From: a virus
Lineage: Duplodnaviria; Heunggongvirae; Uroviricota; Caudoviricetes
Strand: one strand, 5' to 3'
Virus record (IMG/VR): IMGVR_UViG_3300028327_000833
Coordinates: 34,516-98,515 of that record
Length of the DNA stretch: 64,000 nt
Positions 28,222-37,488 of the stretch are shown piece after piece. Position 1 is the first letter of the stretch; each line of letters opens with the position of its first letter. Both the position numbers and the translations under genes were made by a program. The notes below the pieces were generated by a model. The model was not told the DNA's origin and did no database searches. It worked only from the letters and a program-made list of their open reading frames with translations.

Positions 28222-29295
28222 ATGTCACAAGTACAAGTAGATACGACGCCGCTGACCGAAGCCCAGCAAAAACGCTTAAAAAAACTTCTGAAAAAAGAGG
28301 CGCAGATAGAAGCGGAGCATAAGGAGTTGATCGAGTTGAAGTACGCCGACCCTGAGTTTTGGCGGCGGTCGCACGACCCCAAGCGATGGACGGTAACGGC
28401 TAAAGAGCGCTGGAAAAGCCGCGCCGAAAGGTGGCTGGAGGCTCCGGCGGACTATCGCCGTCAGGTGACCCGCAACGTTTCTTTGGGGGAGGTAGGAAAG
28501 AAGGCGCGAGTCAGTTGCGAAATTGTCGTGCCGTCGGTTAAAATCTACGAATACTTAAAAAGCAAAGCAAATTTACCCGAAACCGCCAGCGCGTCGAGTA
28601 AAGCCTACGAATACCCAAAAAGCGGAGCAGATTTACCTGAAATCGCCATCGCGCAGACGGTGCTGTCTATAGAGGCCGCCATAGAACGCAATTTTTTAGA
28701 TTGTAATTATACGGCGGTCTTTGCAATTCCAGAAGACCACATCAAATTCTGCATAACGCACGGATTTCTGTGGAGAGCCCCGTTTGCGAATCTCGAAGCG
28801 GCGGATTATATCTGCGGTCTCATACGCGAAGCCAACGTAGGTCATACTTTGCAAGTTGAGGAGTATATCGACGAAGCCGAGATCAAGAGCGCACGGTTGG
28901 CGGAGGCGGCAGCCGACCCTTCCCGCGCGATTAAATTCGTTAATGTGACTGTGACCGAAGAGCGCGAGTTCGTCATACCGACAGCTAAGATAAACCAATA
29001 CCTGAAAAAAATGCTGAAGTTTCCTGACGACGAAATCTCTGCGACGGTGACGGCGATCAGCAAGATAATAAAACAGGCGAACAAGAACGACGCTTCCGAC
29101 ATTCTTGTCATACCTTGGGTGTTGATTAAGGGTTGCTTAATGGGGAAAACTGGGCGCACGGATTACCAGTCGCAGCTGCTTATAGACGCCCTCTATTCTT
29201 TCTTCAAAGACGCCAACTACGGCAAGGTGTCTGCGAATGAAGGCGAAATCGTAGACGATTACGAGTTGCCGAGGCCGGTATTTAATACTTTATAG
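28222..29295 (+). CDS. hypothetical protein (357 aa) with internal 60-bp imperfect tandem repeat (28537-28656)
   Basis: KIYEYLKSKANLPETASAS / KAYEYPKSGADLPEIAIAQ; C-terminal codons and stop supplied by IS left end. Confidence 0.45.
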   Translation: MSQVQVDTTPLTEAQQKRLKKLLKKEAQIEAEHKELIELKYADPEFWRRSHDPKRWTVTAKERWKSRAERWLEAPADYRRQVTRNVSLGEVGKKARVSCEIVVPSVKIYEYLKSKANLPETASASSKAYEYPKSGADLPEIAIAQTVLSIEAAIERNFLDCNYTAVFAIPEDHIKFCITHGFLWRAPFANLEAADYICGLIREANVGHTLQVEEYIDEAEIKSARLAEAAADPSRAIKFVNVTVTEEREFVIPTAKINQYLKKMLKFPDDEISATVTAISKIIKQANKNDASDILVIPWVLIKGCLMGKTGRTDYQSQLLIDALYSFFKDANYGKVSANEGEIVDDYELPRPVFNTL

Positions 29296-29346
29296 GTTTT
29301 ATTATCAAATATTGTTTTTTGTTATCAAATGTGTTATCTTTGAGTT

Positions 29347-29904
29347 ATGAAACTATCTAATTATGCTAAAAATCTCGGAATCTCTTATTTGACCGCGTAC
29401 AGGCACTACAAAGCAAATAAGATTAAAGGCGCTTATCAGCTAGAGTCTGGGACAGTAATTGTTCCAGACTTAAATTCCGTAAGTAAACCTGACTATACTG
29501 TTATTTACAGCAGAGTCAGTTCGTCTGAAAATAAAAGCAACCTGGAGAGCCAGGCAGAGAGGCTTATGCAATTCTGTAATGCAAAAGGGTGGGTTGTTAA
29601 AGAAGTTATAAAAGAATGCGCATCAAGGTTAAACGATAACCGCCCTAAATTATTGAAGTTATTTAAGGAGAGGCGGGCAACTAGACTCGTGGTGGAGCAT
29701 AAAGACCGCCTAACCAGGTTTGGATTTAATTACATAAAAGAACTTTATAACGAGTGTGAAATTGTAATTTTAAATGAAGCTGAAAATCGAAATGATTTAA
29801 TGCAAGACTTTGTTTCGTTAGTAACCTCTTTTTGCGCTATGTTATATGGACAACGAAGGACAAAACGACAGACAGAAAAGTTAATCAAGGAACTTGAAAA
29901 ATGA
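29347..29904 (+). CDS. tnpA: IS607-family TnpA, serine recombinase with N-terminal MerR-like HTH
   Basis: catalytic serine motif VIYSRVSSSENKSNLESQ; 185 aa. Confidence 0.8.
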   Translation: MKLSNYAKNLGISYLTAYRHYKANKIKGAYQLESGTVIVPDLNSVSKPDYTVIYSRVSSSENKSNLESQAERLMQFCNAKGWVVKEVIKECASRLNDNRPKLLKLFKERRATRLVVEHKDRLTRFGFNYIKELYNECEIVILNEAENRNDLMQDFVSLVTSFCAMLYGQRRTKRQTEKLIKELEK

Positions 29905-31040
29905 AGTTCAACAGAAGCGTCAAATGCCACTTCTCGAAGTGGATAACCGGAAGCAAGTCCGGCCGTATAAAAGACTTGCTTTCTGAGTATGACGCCGTAG
30001 CGACTTCGGCTATAGACGGTATAAAAAACCGCATAGAAGACGGCGACTCTAAGTTCGACGTCTTTAAAAATTACAAAGTACCGGAAACGTGGCTGACGGC
30101 CAGAGCGAAACAAGTCGTTTTAGCCGAAACCTACGGCGTGGTAGACGGCCAGATTAAAAGTTGCAAAGAGTTAAAACAGCCGTATACGAAACCTAAACAC
30201 TGCAAAACAAAAGCCGTTTTGTCGAGTCAGCTGGTATCTGTAAACCTTAACCCTGATTTAGAAGACTTTGATCTTCTAGTAGAGTTAAAATGTTTCGACA
30301 GCAGAAGGAAAGCGGTTAAAATAGCGATACCCTTGAAAAAGAACCGTTGTTTTGAAAAATGGAACACTAAAGGCAAACTTTCAAGTTCCGTTATTTTAAC
30401 GGATAAATATATCCAGTTTTCGTTTGAGGCTGATGTCCCTAAGAAAACGGAAGGTGGCATTCTAGGCTTAGACCCCGGAGCCACGAATCTTTTAACATCA
30501 GACGAGGGCGTTGTTTACGGCGACCGTATAAAGCCGCTTTTACAGAAACTTAAACGTAAAAAACGCAACTCAAGGTCGTGGAAAAAATGTAAAAAAGAGA
30601 TTAAATATTACATTTCTAAAACATGTAAAGAGTTGCCTTTTAAAGAAACTAAATTAATCTGTATTGAAAATAACAAGGATATTAAAAGAAACAGCAAAGT
30701 TAAAGGACGCTTAACTAAAAATATGCGTTCAGTTCTCGACGGCTGGACAAGCGGGTTGCTGGACAGCAGGGTAGAAATGCTCTCAGAGGAAAACGGTGTT
30801 TCCCTCAGACGAGTGCCTGCTTTCCACAACTCCACTACTTGTCCGGTCTGCGGTCACGTCGAGAAGGGGAACCGGTTAAGTCAAGAGGCGTTCAGGTGTC
30901 TGTCTTGTGGCTATGCAGACAAAGCCGATATGGTCGGCGCTTTAAACGTCCTTGGCCGCTTCTCCCTCGGAAAATATGGTTCCGGGTTCAAAACCGAGTT
31001 TGTTAAAAAACATGCAGGTTATTACGCCTGCAAGATTTGA
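29901..31040 (+). CDS. tnpB: TnpB, 379 aa
   Basis: GLDPGATN, LICIENN, CPVCGH..CLSCGY, ADKADMVGALN. Confidence 0.85.
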   Translation: MKFNRSVKCHFSKWITGSKSGRIKDLLSEYDAVATSAIDGIKNRIEDGDSKFDVFKNYKVPETWLTARAKQVVLAETYGVVDGQIKSCKELKQPYTKPKHCKTKAVLSSQLVSVNLNPDLEDFDLLVELKCFDSRRKAVKIAIPLKKNRCFEKWNTKGKLSSSVILTDKYIQFSFEADVPKKTEGGILGLDPGATNLLTSDEGVVYGDRIKPLLQKLKRKKRNSRSWKKCKKEIKYYISKTCKELPFKETKLICIENNKDIKRNSKVKGRLTKNMRSVLDGWTSGLLDSRVEMLSEENGVSLRRVPAFHNSTTCPVCGHVEKGNRLSQEAFRCLSCGYADKADMVGALNVLGRFSLGKYGSGFKTEFVKKHAGYYACKI

Positions 31041-31057
31041 TAATAAAAGAGGTAACT

Positions 31058-31498
31058 ATGTACATAATGCTGTCGATTCATCCGCAGTACGCCGAAAAAA
31101 TTCTCGACGGGACGAAGCTGTGGGAATACCGCAAAACCTTGCCGACAACGCATCTCCTCGACGTAACGGGAGTTGTGGTGTACGCCACAGCGCCCGTGTC
31201 GAGAATTGTCGGCGAGTTCGAAACGGATTTGACGAAGACGCGTACGGCGTCCCCGTGCAAGCTGTGGCATGAAACGGACGGCGAACGAGACGGAGGCATC
31301 ACCAAAGAAGCCTTCGACAAATATTTCGAGGGGCACGACTACGGGTACGCGATCCCGGTCTTGCTGTATTCGGGCGGAAGTTCCGCCGTAAGATACGACG
31401 TCCCTCGGAGGCTCGCGGATTTCGGATTGAAAAAGCCGCCGCAAGGGTTCGCATATTTGAAGAAATATAACGGCTTAAAAACAATAGGCGCGGAATAA
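31058..31498 (+). CDS. ASCH/PUA-like domain protein; start ATG and RBS supplied by IS right end
   Basis: MLSIHPQYAEKILDGTKLWEYRKT resembles the ASCH N-terminus. Confidence 0.45.
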   Translation: MYIMLSIHPQYAEKILDGTKLWEYRKTLPTTHLLDVTGVVVYATAPVSRIVGEFETDLTKTRTASPCKLWHETDGERDGGITKEAFDKYFEGHDYGYAIPVLLYSGGSSAVRYDVPRRLADFGLKKPPQGFAYLKKYNGLKTIGAE

Positions 31499-31550
31499 AC
31501 AATGCCGCGCGAGGCTATAACTAAACATTCAACAATAAGGAGCAGGTTTT

Positions 31551-32465
31551 ATGAAGCAGGTTGATTTTAACGGGAAGTCTGTAGCCGCTGCCGTGATAGG
31601 GGTTACGCTGTTAATCGTCGCGATCGGGGCGTTCACTATCATAGGCCCTACGGACAGGGGCATTCTGCATACGCTCGGAAAGCCGTCCCAAGAGGTGCTG
31701 ACGCCGGGTCTTCAGTTCAAACTGCCTCTCGTGCAAAGAATTAAGAAATGGACGGTGGTGCCGAAGCTCTACAGAGTCAATGTCGGCATCGGGGACGACG
31801 GAGCGATCACGAAAGACAACCAGGTGATCGGCGCGACGATACGGTTGCAGTACGCCTACGACGAAGCCCGCTTGTACGAAGCGGCCACGAAATTCGACCG
31901 TTCGACTATCGAGCGCGGCATCGAGGCGCTCTCGGTAGCCTCCTTGAAAGCCGTCATCGGCAATTACACGATATTCGACGTAGCAGTGAACCAAGATACG
32001 ATAGTCCGTCAGGTCGGGTCGCGGATAAAAGACAATATAGGGCAATACCCTATCATCATCAGCCAGATCACGCTCGAAAATTTCGATTGGAGCGACAATT
32101 TCGACAAACAAATCCAAGAAACTATGGCGGCGGCTCAGAAAGTGAAACGGGCGGAACAAGAAGCCAACATCGCGGAACAAGAAAATAAAAAGAAAAAGAT
32201 AGTCGCGGAAGCCACGGCGCAAGCGGCTATCGCGGAAGCTGAGGGGCGTTATAAAGCGGCGGAACTGGATGCCAAAGCGGAGATCGAGAGGGCGAGGGGC
32301 AAGAGCGAGGCCAACCGTATGTTGCAACAGAATCTGGCGGTCGAGATCAAGATCAGGGAACTCGATATTGAGAAACTCCGCGCCGAACGCTGGGACGGGC
32401 GGCAAATTCCGACTTATCTTCCGCTCAACCCTGCAGGCGGCGTTGTTACGCTGCCGTCGAAGTAA
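31551..32465 (+). CDS. SPFH/band-7 (prohibitin/HflC-like) membrane protein
   Basis: N-terminal TM, SPFH-like core, C-terminal coiled coil EAEGRYKAAELDAKAEIERARGKSEANRM. Confidence 0.6.
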   Translation: MKQVDFNGKSVAAAVIGVTLLIVAIGAFTIIGPTDRGILHTLGKPSQEVLTPGLQFKLPLVQRIKKWTVVPKLYRVNVGIGDDGAITKDNQVIGATIRLQYAYDEARLYEAATKFDRSTIERGIEALSVASLKAVIGNYTIFDVAVNQDTIVRQVGSRIKDNIGQYPIIISQITLENFDWSDNFDKQIQETMAAAQKVKRAEQEANIAEQENKKKKIVAEATAQAAIAEAEGRYKAAELDAKAEIERARGKSEANRMLQQNLAVEIKIRELDIEKLRAERWDGRQIPTYLPLNPAGGVVTLPSK

Positions 32466-32475
32466 GGGGGACGCT

Positions 32476-32640
32476 GTGATTGAAGAGCTGAGCAAAAGTT
32501 GTCCGAATCACGTGAAGAACGAAATTAACGCGACGTTTGCCAAGAACGTAGTGAATCCTGACTTTACGGATAACTGCAACAAGCTGGCGAAACAAGCGGC
32601 AGGCAGAGTCAAACAACCTAAAGGCGAAGGACGGCTATGA
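32476..32640 (+). CDS. small hypothetical protein (GTG start)
   Basis: GGGGGA RBS; overlaps pncB start by ATGA. Confidence 0.3.
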   Translation: MIEELSKSCPNHVKNEINATFAKNVVNPDFTDNCNKLAKQAAGRVKQPKGEGRL

Positions 32641-33845
32641 TTATCACATCGCTGTTAGACTGCGATCTGTACAAATTTAGCATGGGAGCCGCGTATTTTG
32701 ACGGGTTTGCCAATACTACTGCGCGGTTTGTGTTCAAAGACCGTACTAATAAAATCCCAGTTACCGAGTTATTTATCGAAAGGCTCGGGCGCGAGGTCGA
32801 TTCGTTATGCAAGTTGAAATTCAGTACCGAAGAGTTAGATTATCTTTTCGGACTTAGATTTATGAAAGATAAGGTCGGGTATAGGGAATATTTGCGGAAC
32901 TTCCGACTCAATCCCGATTGGATTCATATTTACGGAGTAAATGACGGCGGCAAACTTGCGGCGGTAGAGATTCATACAGCAGAAGCCCCGCTGATAGCCG
33001 TCAGTATGTTTGAAATTTATATCCTTGCAATCGTGAACGAGTTGTATTGCCAGGATAACAACGTGTACCCTCCTCGGTATGAGCGCCAACTTGCGGAGGA
33101 CACTGCGAAGCGGTTTGATGCGCTCGAATGCCCTTTCATCGAAATGGGTACGCGAAGGCGAATATCGGGAAGTTTTCAAGATAAACTAATTGGCGAGTTA
33201 AAAAAGAATTCTAAATTTCTGGGGACAAGCAATGTTTATCTTGCGATGAAGCACGGCGTAACCCCAAGCGGGACGCAAGCTCACGAGTATTTGTGTACCG
33301 GGCAAGGACTTCCTCATGTGCCCGTAGCCGACAGTCAGCGGTATATGTTCGATTTCTGGGCGCGACACTTCAACGGGGACTTGGGCATAGCCTTGTCGGA
33401 TAATCTAGGCACGGACAAGTTTTTGGAAGACTTCACTTGCTACTATGCCAAACTGTTCGACGGTGTCAGACATGACTCAGGTGACCCGTTCGTATGGGGC
33501 GAGCAGATGATTAAAATGTACGAGGGTTACGGGATCGACCCGAAATCCAAAAAATTGGTATTCAGCGACAGTCTATCTCTGGAAAAGGCCAACGCTATCT
33601 ACCGCAAATTTAAGGATAGAGTCAAAGTTGTAGCTGGAATCGGGACGGCGTTGACGAATCCGATCAAGGATAAGGCGACCAATATCGTGATGAAGATGGT
33701 CAGTTGCAACGGGCGGCCTGTGGCTAAGTTATCAAACAACCCAGGCAAACAAATGTGCGAGAATGCCGATTATGTGCGTTATTTGAAACAGGTGGTTAAG
33801 TTCAATGACAGCTACGAACTGTCCGAAGAGGATGGCTGGGAATAA
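32637..33845 (+). CDS. pncB: nicotinate phosphoribosyltransferase (PncB)
   Basis: blocks GTRRRISGSF, GTSNVYLAMKHGVTPSGTQAHE, LGIALSD, GVRHDSGDPFVWGE, LVFSDSL, GIGTALTN, NIVMKMVSCNGRPVAKLSNNPGK align to E. coli PncB. Confidence 0.85.
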   Translation: MIITSLLDCDLYKFSMGAAYFDGFANTTARFVFKDRTNKIPVTELFIERLGREVDSLCKLKFSTEELDYLFGLRFMKDKVGYREYLRNFRLNPDWIHIYGVNDGGKLAAVEIHTAEAPLIAVSMFEIYILAIVNELYCQDNNVYPPRYERQLAEDTAKRFDALECPFIEMGTRRRISGSFQDKLIGELKKNSKFLGTSNVYLAMKHGVTPSGTQAHEYLCTGQGLPHVPVADSQRYMFDFWARHFNGDLGIALSDNLGTDKFLEDFTCYYAKLFDGVRHDSGDPFVWGEQMIKMYEGYGIDPKSKKLVFSDSLSLEKANAIYRKFKDRVKVVAGIGTALTNPIKDKATNIVMKMVSCNGRPVAKLSNNPGKQMCENADYVRYLKQVVKFNDSYELSEEDGWE

Positions 33846-33947
33846 ACTTTTAACCTTCTAAGGAGGGCGTTATGAGTGAACATAAGAAGCCTGGCGAGGT
33901 TCTTACTGAAGCCGAGGCGGGTTTTATCAGCGCAACGGAGGGAAAAA

Positions 33948-34835
33948 ATGTATACTTACAAGTTTGATGTAGAGAAAGTGACGAAAGATTGCGTCGCGTG
34001 GATAAAAAGATGGTTTGCCGAGAATGGCGGCGAGAGACCTGCCGCGATTGTCGGCGTCAGTGGAGGCAAGGACAGCGCGGTCGTCGCGGCATTGTGCGCC
34101 GAAGCTCTCGGCAAGGACAACGTTATAGCGGTGCTGATGCCGAACGGCGAGCAAAAGGACATTGCGGATTCCTGGAAAATTATATATCACATAGGTTTGA
34201 AGAGAATTATCCTCTCTAACATCAGCGACACTGTCAATGGGCTATTCGCTAATTGCGGTGTTGTTGAAGATTGTGTTAAGTACAACCTAAACCAACGGTT
34301 TTGGTATCCAGAAACAGCAAGCATTGCTTGGAACAATCAAGCCGCGGTAAACGCACCTGCGCGGATTCGGATGGCTACGCTGTACGCGATGGCGGCTCAA
34401 TACGGCGGTCGGGTGGCGAACACCTGCAACCGCAGCGAGGATGTGTGCGGGTACGCGACCCTCTACGGCGATTCGGCTGGCGACTTCAGTCCGCTGTCCA
34501 AGCTAACTGTGACGGAAGTCATCGCAATCGGCGAATACTTGGGTTTGCCACAAGAGATTACTCGTAAGACTCCGAGCGACGGCCTGTGCGGGAAGTCGGA
34601 TGAGGAATCTTTGGGCATGAAGTACGCCGAACTCGATGAGTGGCTCCGCGAAAGTAAGCGCGAGAGTACTATCGGCATCAAAGTCTGGGATATGTGGATG
34701 AGCCGCGGAAGGTTCAAACTATCTCTGATAAATCTACCGTCTTTCGACCCCGACCTTTATGACAGGATAGAAGATGTGGATTATGAGCGCAATCAACCAA
34801 GAGGCGAAGTAAGACTCATAAAGAGTATGCCTTGA
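33948..34835 (+). CDS. nadE: NH3-dependent NAD+ synthetase (NadE)
   Basis: PP-loop VGVSGGKDSAV; RBS ACGGAGGG before ATG 33948. Confidence 0.85.
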   Translation: MYTYKFDVEKVTKDCVAWIKRWFAENGGERPAAIVGVSGGKDSAVVAALCAEALGKDNVIAVLMPNGEQKDIADSWKIIYHIGLKRIILSNISDTVNGLFANCGVVEDCVKYNLNQRFWYPETASIAWNNQAAVNAPARIRMATLYAMAAQYGGRVANTCNRSEDVCGYATLYGDSAGDFSPLSKLTVTEVIAIGEYLGLPQEITRKTPSDGLCGKSDEESLGMKYAELDEWLRESKRESTIGIKVWDMWMSRGRFKLSLINLPSFDPDLYDRIEDVDYERNQPRGEVRLIKSMP

Positions 34836-35388
34836 TATGCCTGAATACTATTGCAATAAGCTGGCGGAGCAGGCGGCGAGCAGGATTAAGCCGGAAAAGT
34901 CGACGGCGAGGAATTACCGTGCTCTTGCGTAGTTAAGGGGTACGATAACGCTATCATAATCAAGTGGTAATACCGGAGGTGTAGAATGGAATGGAACCTT
35001 ACGCTCGACGGCGGTCAGTTGAATTTCCTGCACGATCTTGTAGCGGAGTACATGAAACAAGCGGAAAAACCGTCTTTAGCGAGCGTCTACCCGACAGGCA
35101 TCGCGCTTGAAGTCTATGACGCATTACAGGGAGCGTTGCCTAAAGAAAGGACGGCATAATGTCGGAAGAGCGCACCGTCTATCGCTGTCTGCACGAAACG
35201 GCGGGTCAGAACCAATGCCCTACCCTCGGCATGGCTAAAAACGACATCTATTGCAGATACGCCTGTTACGTCTGCAAAGACGAAGTCGCCGTGGATAAAA
35301 AATTCAAATGTCCGTTGGAAGCTAAATGAGCTATACGCTACGTTGATACTGTTTATAAACGAAGCTTTATGCGACGAGGAGGATATAG

Positions 35389-36504
35389 ATGCTGAATAGA
35401 GACCTTTCAGTTGTCATAGGACGGTTTCAGCCGTTGACGTCTGGACACACTGCGCTTATCAACGAAGCCCTTGACAGCCACTCCGACCTGCTCGTGATAG
35501 TCGGCGGGGCGAATGTCAGCCGAAGCATCAAGAATCCGTTTACGGCGTCCGAGCGAGTCGATATGCTCCGCAACTACTTTCAAGGCGGCTATCTGTCCGA
35601 GCGGAAATATGCTAATCCGATTATGGTTACTATAGCCTGTGTCGACGACTCAGATTACGACTCCGAATGGTGGGAGATTGCCGTAAGGGAATGCGTGTCG
35701 AAAGTCGCAGACGGACGCCGCGTTACCCACTACGGGCACAAGCGGGACGCTTCCTCATATTACATGGGCGATGCGCTCGTAGGAATCGCTGAGTATAAAG
35801 AGATTGAAGCCCTCGCGAAGAACATCAGCGCGACGAAAGTACGCAAAGCGTTATTTGAATGCGATGACGGAACTGTGAAAATTTATACGCCTTCTTGCGT
35901 ATCCTCGTTTTTGCGCGAATTCGTGGAATCGCGAGAGTACACTCATTTGACTGCGCAATATACGCGGATTCAGGAATACAAGGAAAAATGGAAATCCGCG
36001 CCGTACCCTCCAACCTTCGTAACAGTGGACGCTACAGTGTTCTGGTGCAAGACACTCGGCGATCACGACGGATGCCAAACGGAGACTCGAGTCTTGCTGA
36101 TTAGGCGACGGGACAACGGCTTATGGGCTGTCCCCGGCGGCTTCCTTAACCCTGACGAGCCGCTTAATAAAGCTGTGTGCAGAGAGTTATTCGAAGAGAC
36201 TAGAATCGATCTTGACGCAAAAAACGCCAACGTGTGTAGCGTTTTCGACGATCCTGACAGGGACTTGCGCGGACGTATTATAACCTACAACTACGCGTGG
36301 GTTTTCAACGGTCGTTGGTTAGCGGATCCAATCGCCTCAGATGACGCAATACAAGCGAAGTGGGTTCCGCTGGAATGGGTACGTCAAAATCCGACGCAAT
36401 TTTACGCCGACCACTTTAAAATGCTGAACGTTATGGCGCAAAAAGCGGGGGTGCTGGAACCGAGAGTACCTTGCGTTCTGATGCAAGAAATTAATCTTAA
36501 CTGA
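35389..36504 (+). CDS. bifunctional NMN/NaMN adenylyltransferase (NadM-type) with C-terminal Nudix hydrolase domain
   Basis: VVIGRFQPLTSGH (HxGH-type); Nudix box GGFLNPDEPLNKAVCRELFEETRI. Confidence 0.8.
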   Translation: MLNRDLSVVIGRFQPLTSGHTALINEALDSHSDLLVIVGGANVSRSIKNPFTASERVDMLRNYFQGGYLSERKYANPIMVTIACVDDSDYDSEWWEIAVRECVSKVADGRRVTHYGHKRDASSYYMGDALVGIAEYKEIEALAKNISATKVRKALFECDDGTVKIYTPSCVSSFLREFVESREYTHLTAQYTRIQEYKEKWKSAPYPPTFVTVDATVFWCKTLGDHDGCQTETRVLLIRRRDNGLWAVPGGFLNPDEPLNKAVCRELFEETRIDLDAKNANVCSVFDDPDRDLRGRIITYNYAWVFNGRWLADPIASDDAIQAKWVPLEWVRQNPTQFYADHFKMLNVMAQKAGVLEPRVPCVLMQEINLN

Positions 36505-36509
36505 GCGTC

Positions 36510-36540
36510 TAATTTCGGGGTCAATTTAGCGTACTATTGC
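36510..36540 (+). promoter_or_regulatory. degenerate copy of conserved motif (AATTTCGGGGTCAATTTAGCGTACT|ATTGCC), truncated at the cassette junction
   Basis: 26/30 identical to 37262-37291 up to GCGTACT, then diverges. Confidence 0.5.
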
Positions 36541-36576
36541 CACTTGCGGTTTGGTGTTACATGAAGGGCTTTCTAT

Positions 36577-37233
36577 ATGAACGATCTAAAAATGATTTGG
36601 CAAATATCGTGGTGTAGAAAACTTATTTTAATACACCTATTATATGTTTTTAATTATTTTACAGCTAGTATATTTTTTCGTACATTGATAGGACAATTTC
36701 CAAATGAATCTGTAGCATTAGATAAAATTTTCGTGCCGTCAATAATGCTATTATGCACCATATTTTTATTGTCTAATTCATTTAAGGAAAAATTTGTACA
36801 GAAAGAATATTTATTCGGCATAGCATTAATATCAATAGGATCTATAGGAATTGTTGCCGACGTTATTATATTATGCGGATATATGACATGGCATCTATAT
36901 TTGCTGCAAACAATATCAGATATAATGGGAATGATTTTCGCTTATCCTGTTTTAGAATATTTTAAAAATACGCATTTGATAAATAAGATAGTTAAAGGTG
37001 AGACAATGACTGCTTTTAATCAAATTGATAATGTATTAGGTGGAACTGTTTTAGGAATACTCGGAGGAATCGTTGCTTTGTCAATTATGAACTCGATAAA
37101 AACACCCTTAAATTTATTAATGTTTACGGCTTGGTTTGATATATTCGCTAATATTCTATATCCGTTAGCATATTGGATAACTTATAAAACGTATAAAAAT
37201 TTGAATTGTTTGAACAAGATAATCACACAGTGA
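36577..37233 (+). CDS. multi-pass membrane protein in AT-rich cassette (218 aa)
   Basis: strongly AT-rich ORF, I/L/F/N/K-rich with about 5 TM helices, against a ~50% GC background. Confidence 0.5.
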   Translation: MNDLKMIWQISWCRKLILIHLLYVFNYFTASIFFRTLIGQFPNESVALDKIFVPSIMLLCTIFLLSNSFKEKFVQKEYLFGIALISIGSIGIVADVIILCGYMTWHLYLLQTISDIMGMIFAYPVLEYFKNTHLINKIVKGETMTAFNQIDNVLGGTVLGILGGIVALSIMNSIKTPLNLLMFTAWFDIFANILYPLAYWITYKTYKNLNCLNKIITQ

Positions 37234-37261
37234 TAGGGAGACGTAAGGCTGAGCGCATAAT

Positions 37262-37291
37262 TTCAAGGTCAATTTAACGTACTGTAGTAGG
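37262..37291 (+). promoter_or_regulatory. conserved intergenic motif copy 6 (core ACGTACTGTAGTAG)
   Basis: core at 37277-37290; GGAGG RBS follows. Confidence 0.5.
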
Positions 37292-37320
37292 AGGCTGTTA
37301 TATGAACGACGGAGGTTTAA

Positions 37321-37488
37321 ATGGCGATAACGGTTAAAATGGGCGGCCTCGACTTGGCGGACTATATGCCGGAAGTGGTGGCGGATTTGGAAGCTCGAAT
37401 GGCGCAAACGGATGCAGAGTATGAACGCTTGCGCGCGCAGGGATTAAGCGAAGAGGAAGCAATTAGAACGCTCAATGAGGAGGATTAG
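37321..37488 (+). CDS. small hypothetical protein (55 aa)
   Basis: ORF after motif and RBS. Confidence 0.3.
   Translation: MAITVKMGGLDLADYMPEVVADLEARMAQTDAEYERLRAQGLSEEEAIRTLNEED

Larger units (their letters stand above)
29279..31060 (+). mobile_element. complete IS607-family element (tnpA + tnpB), copy 3
   Basis: same ends as copies 1 and 2; contains full serine-recombinase tnpA overlapping tnpB by ATGA. Confidence 0.8.
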
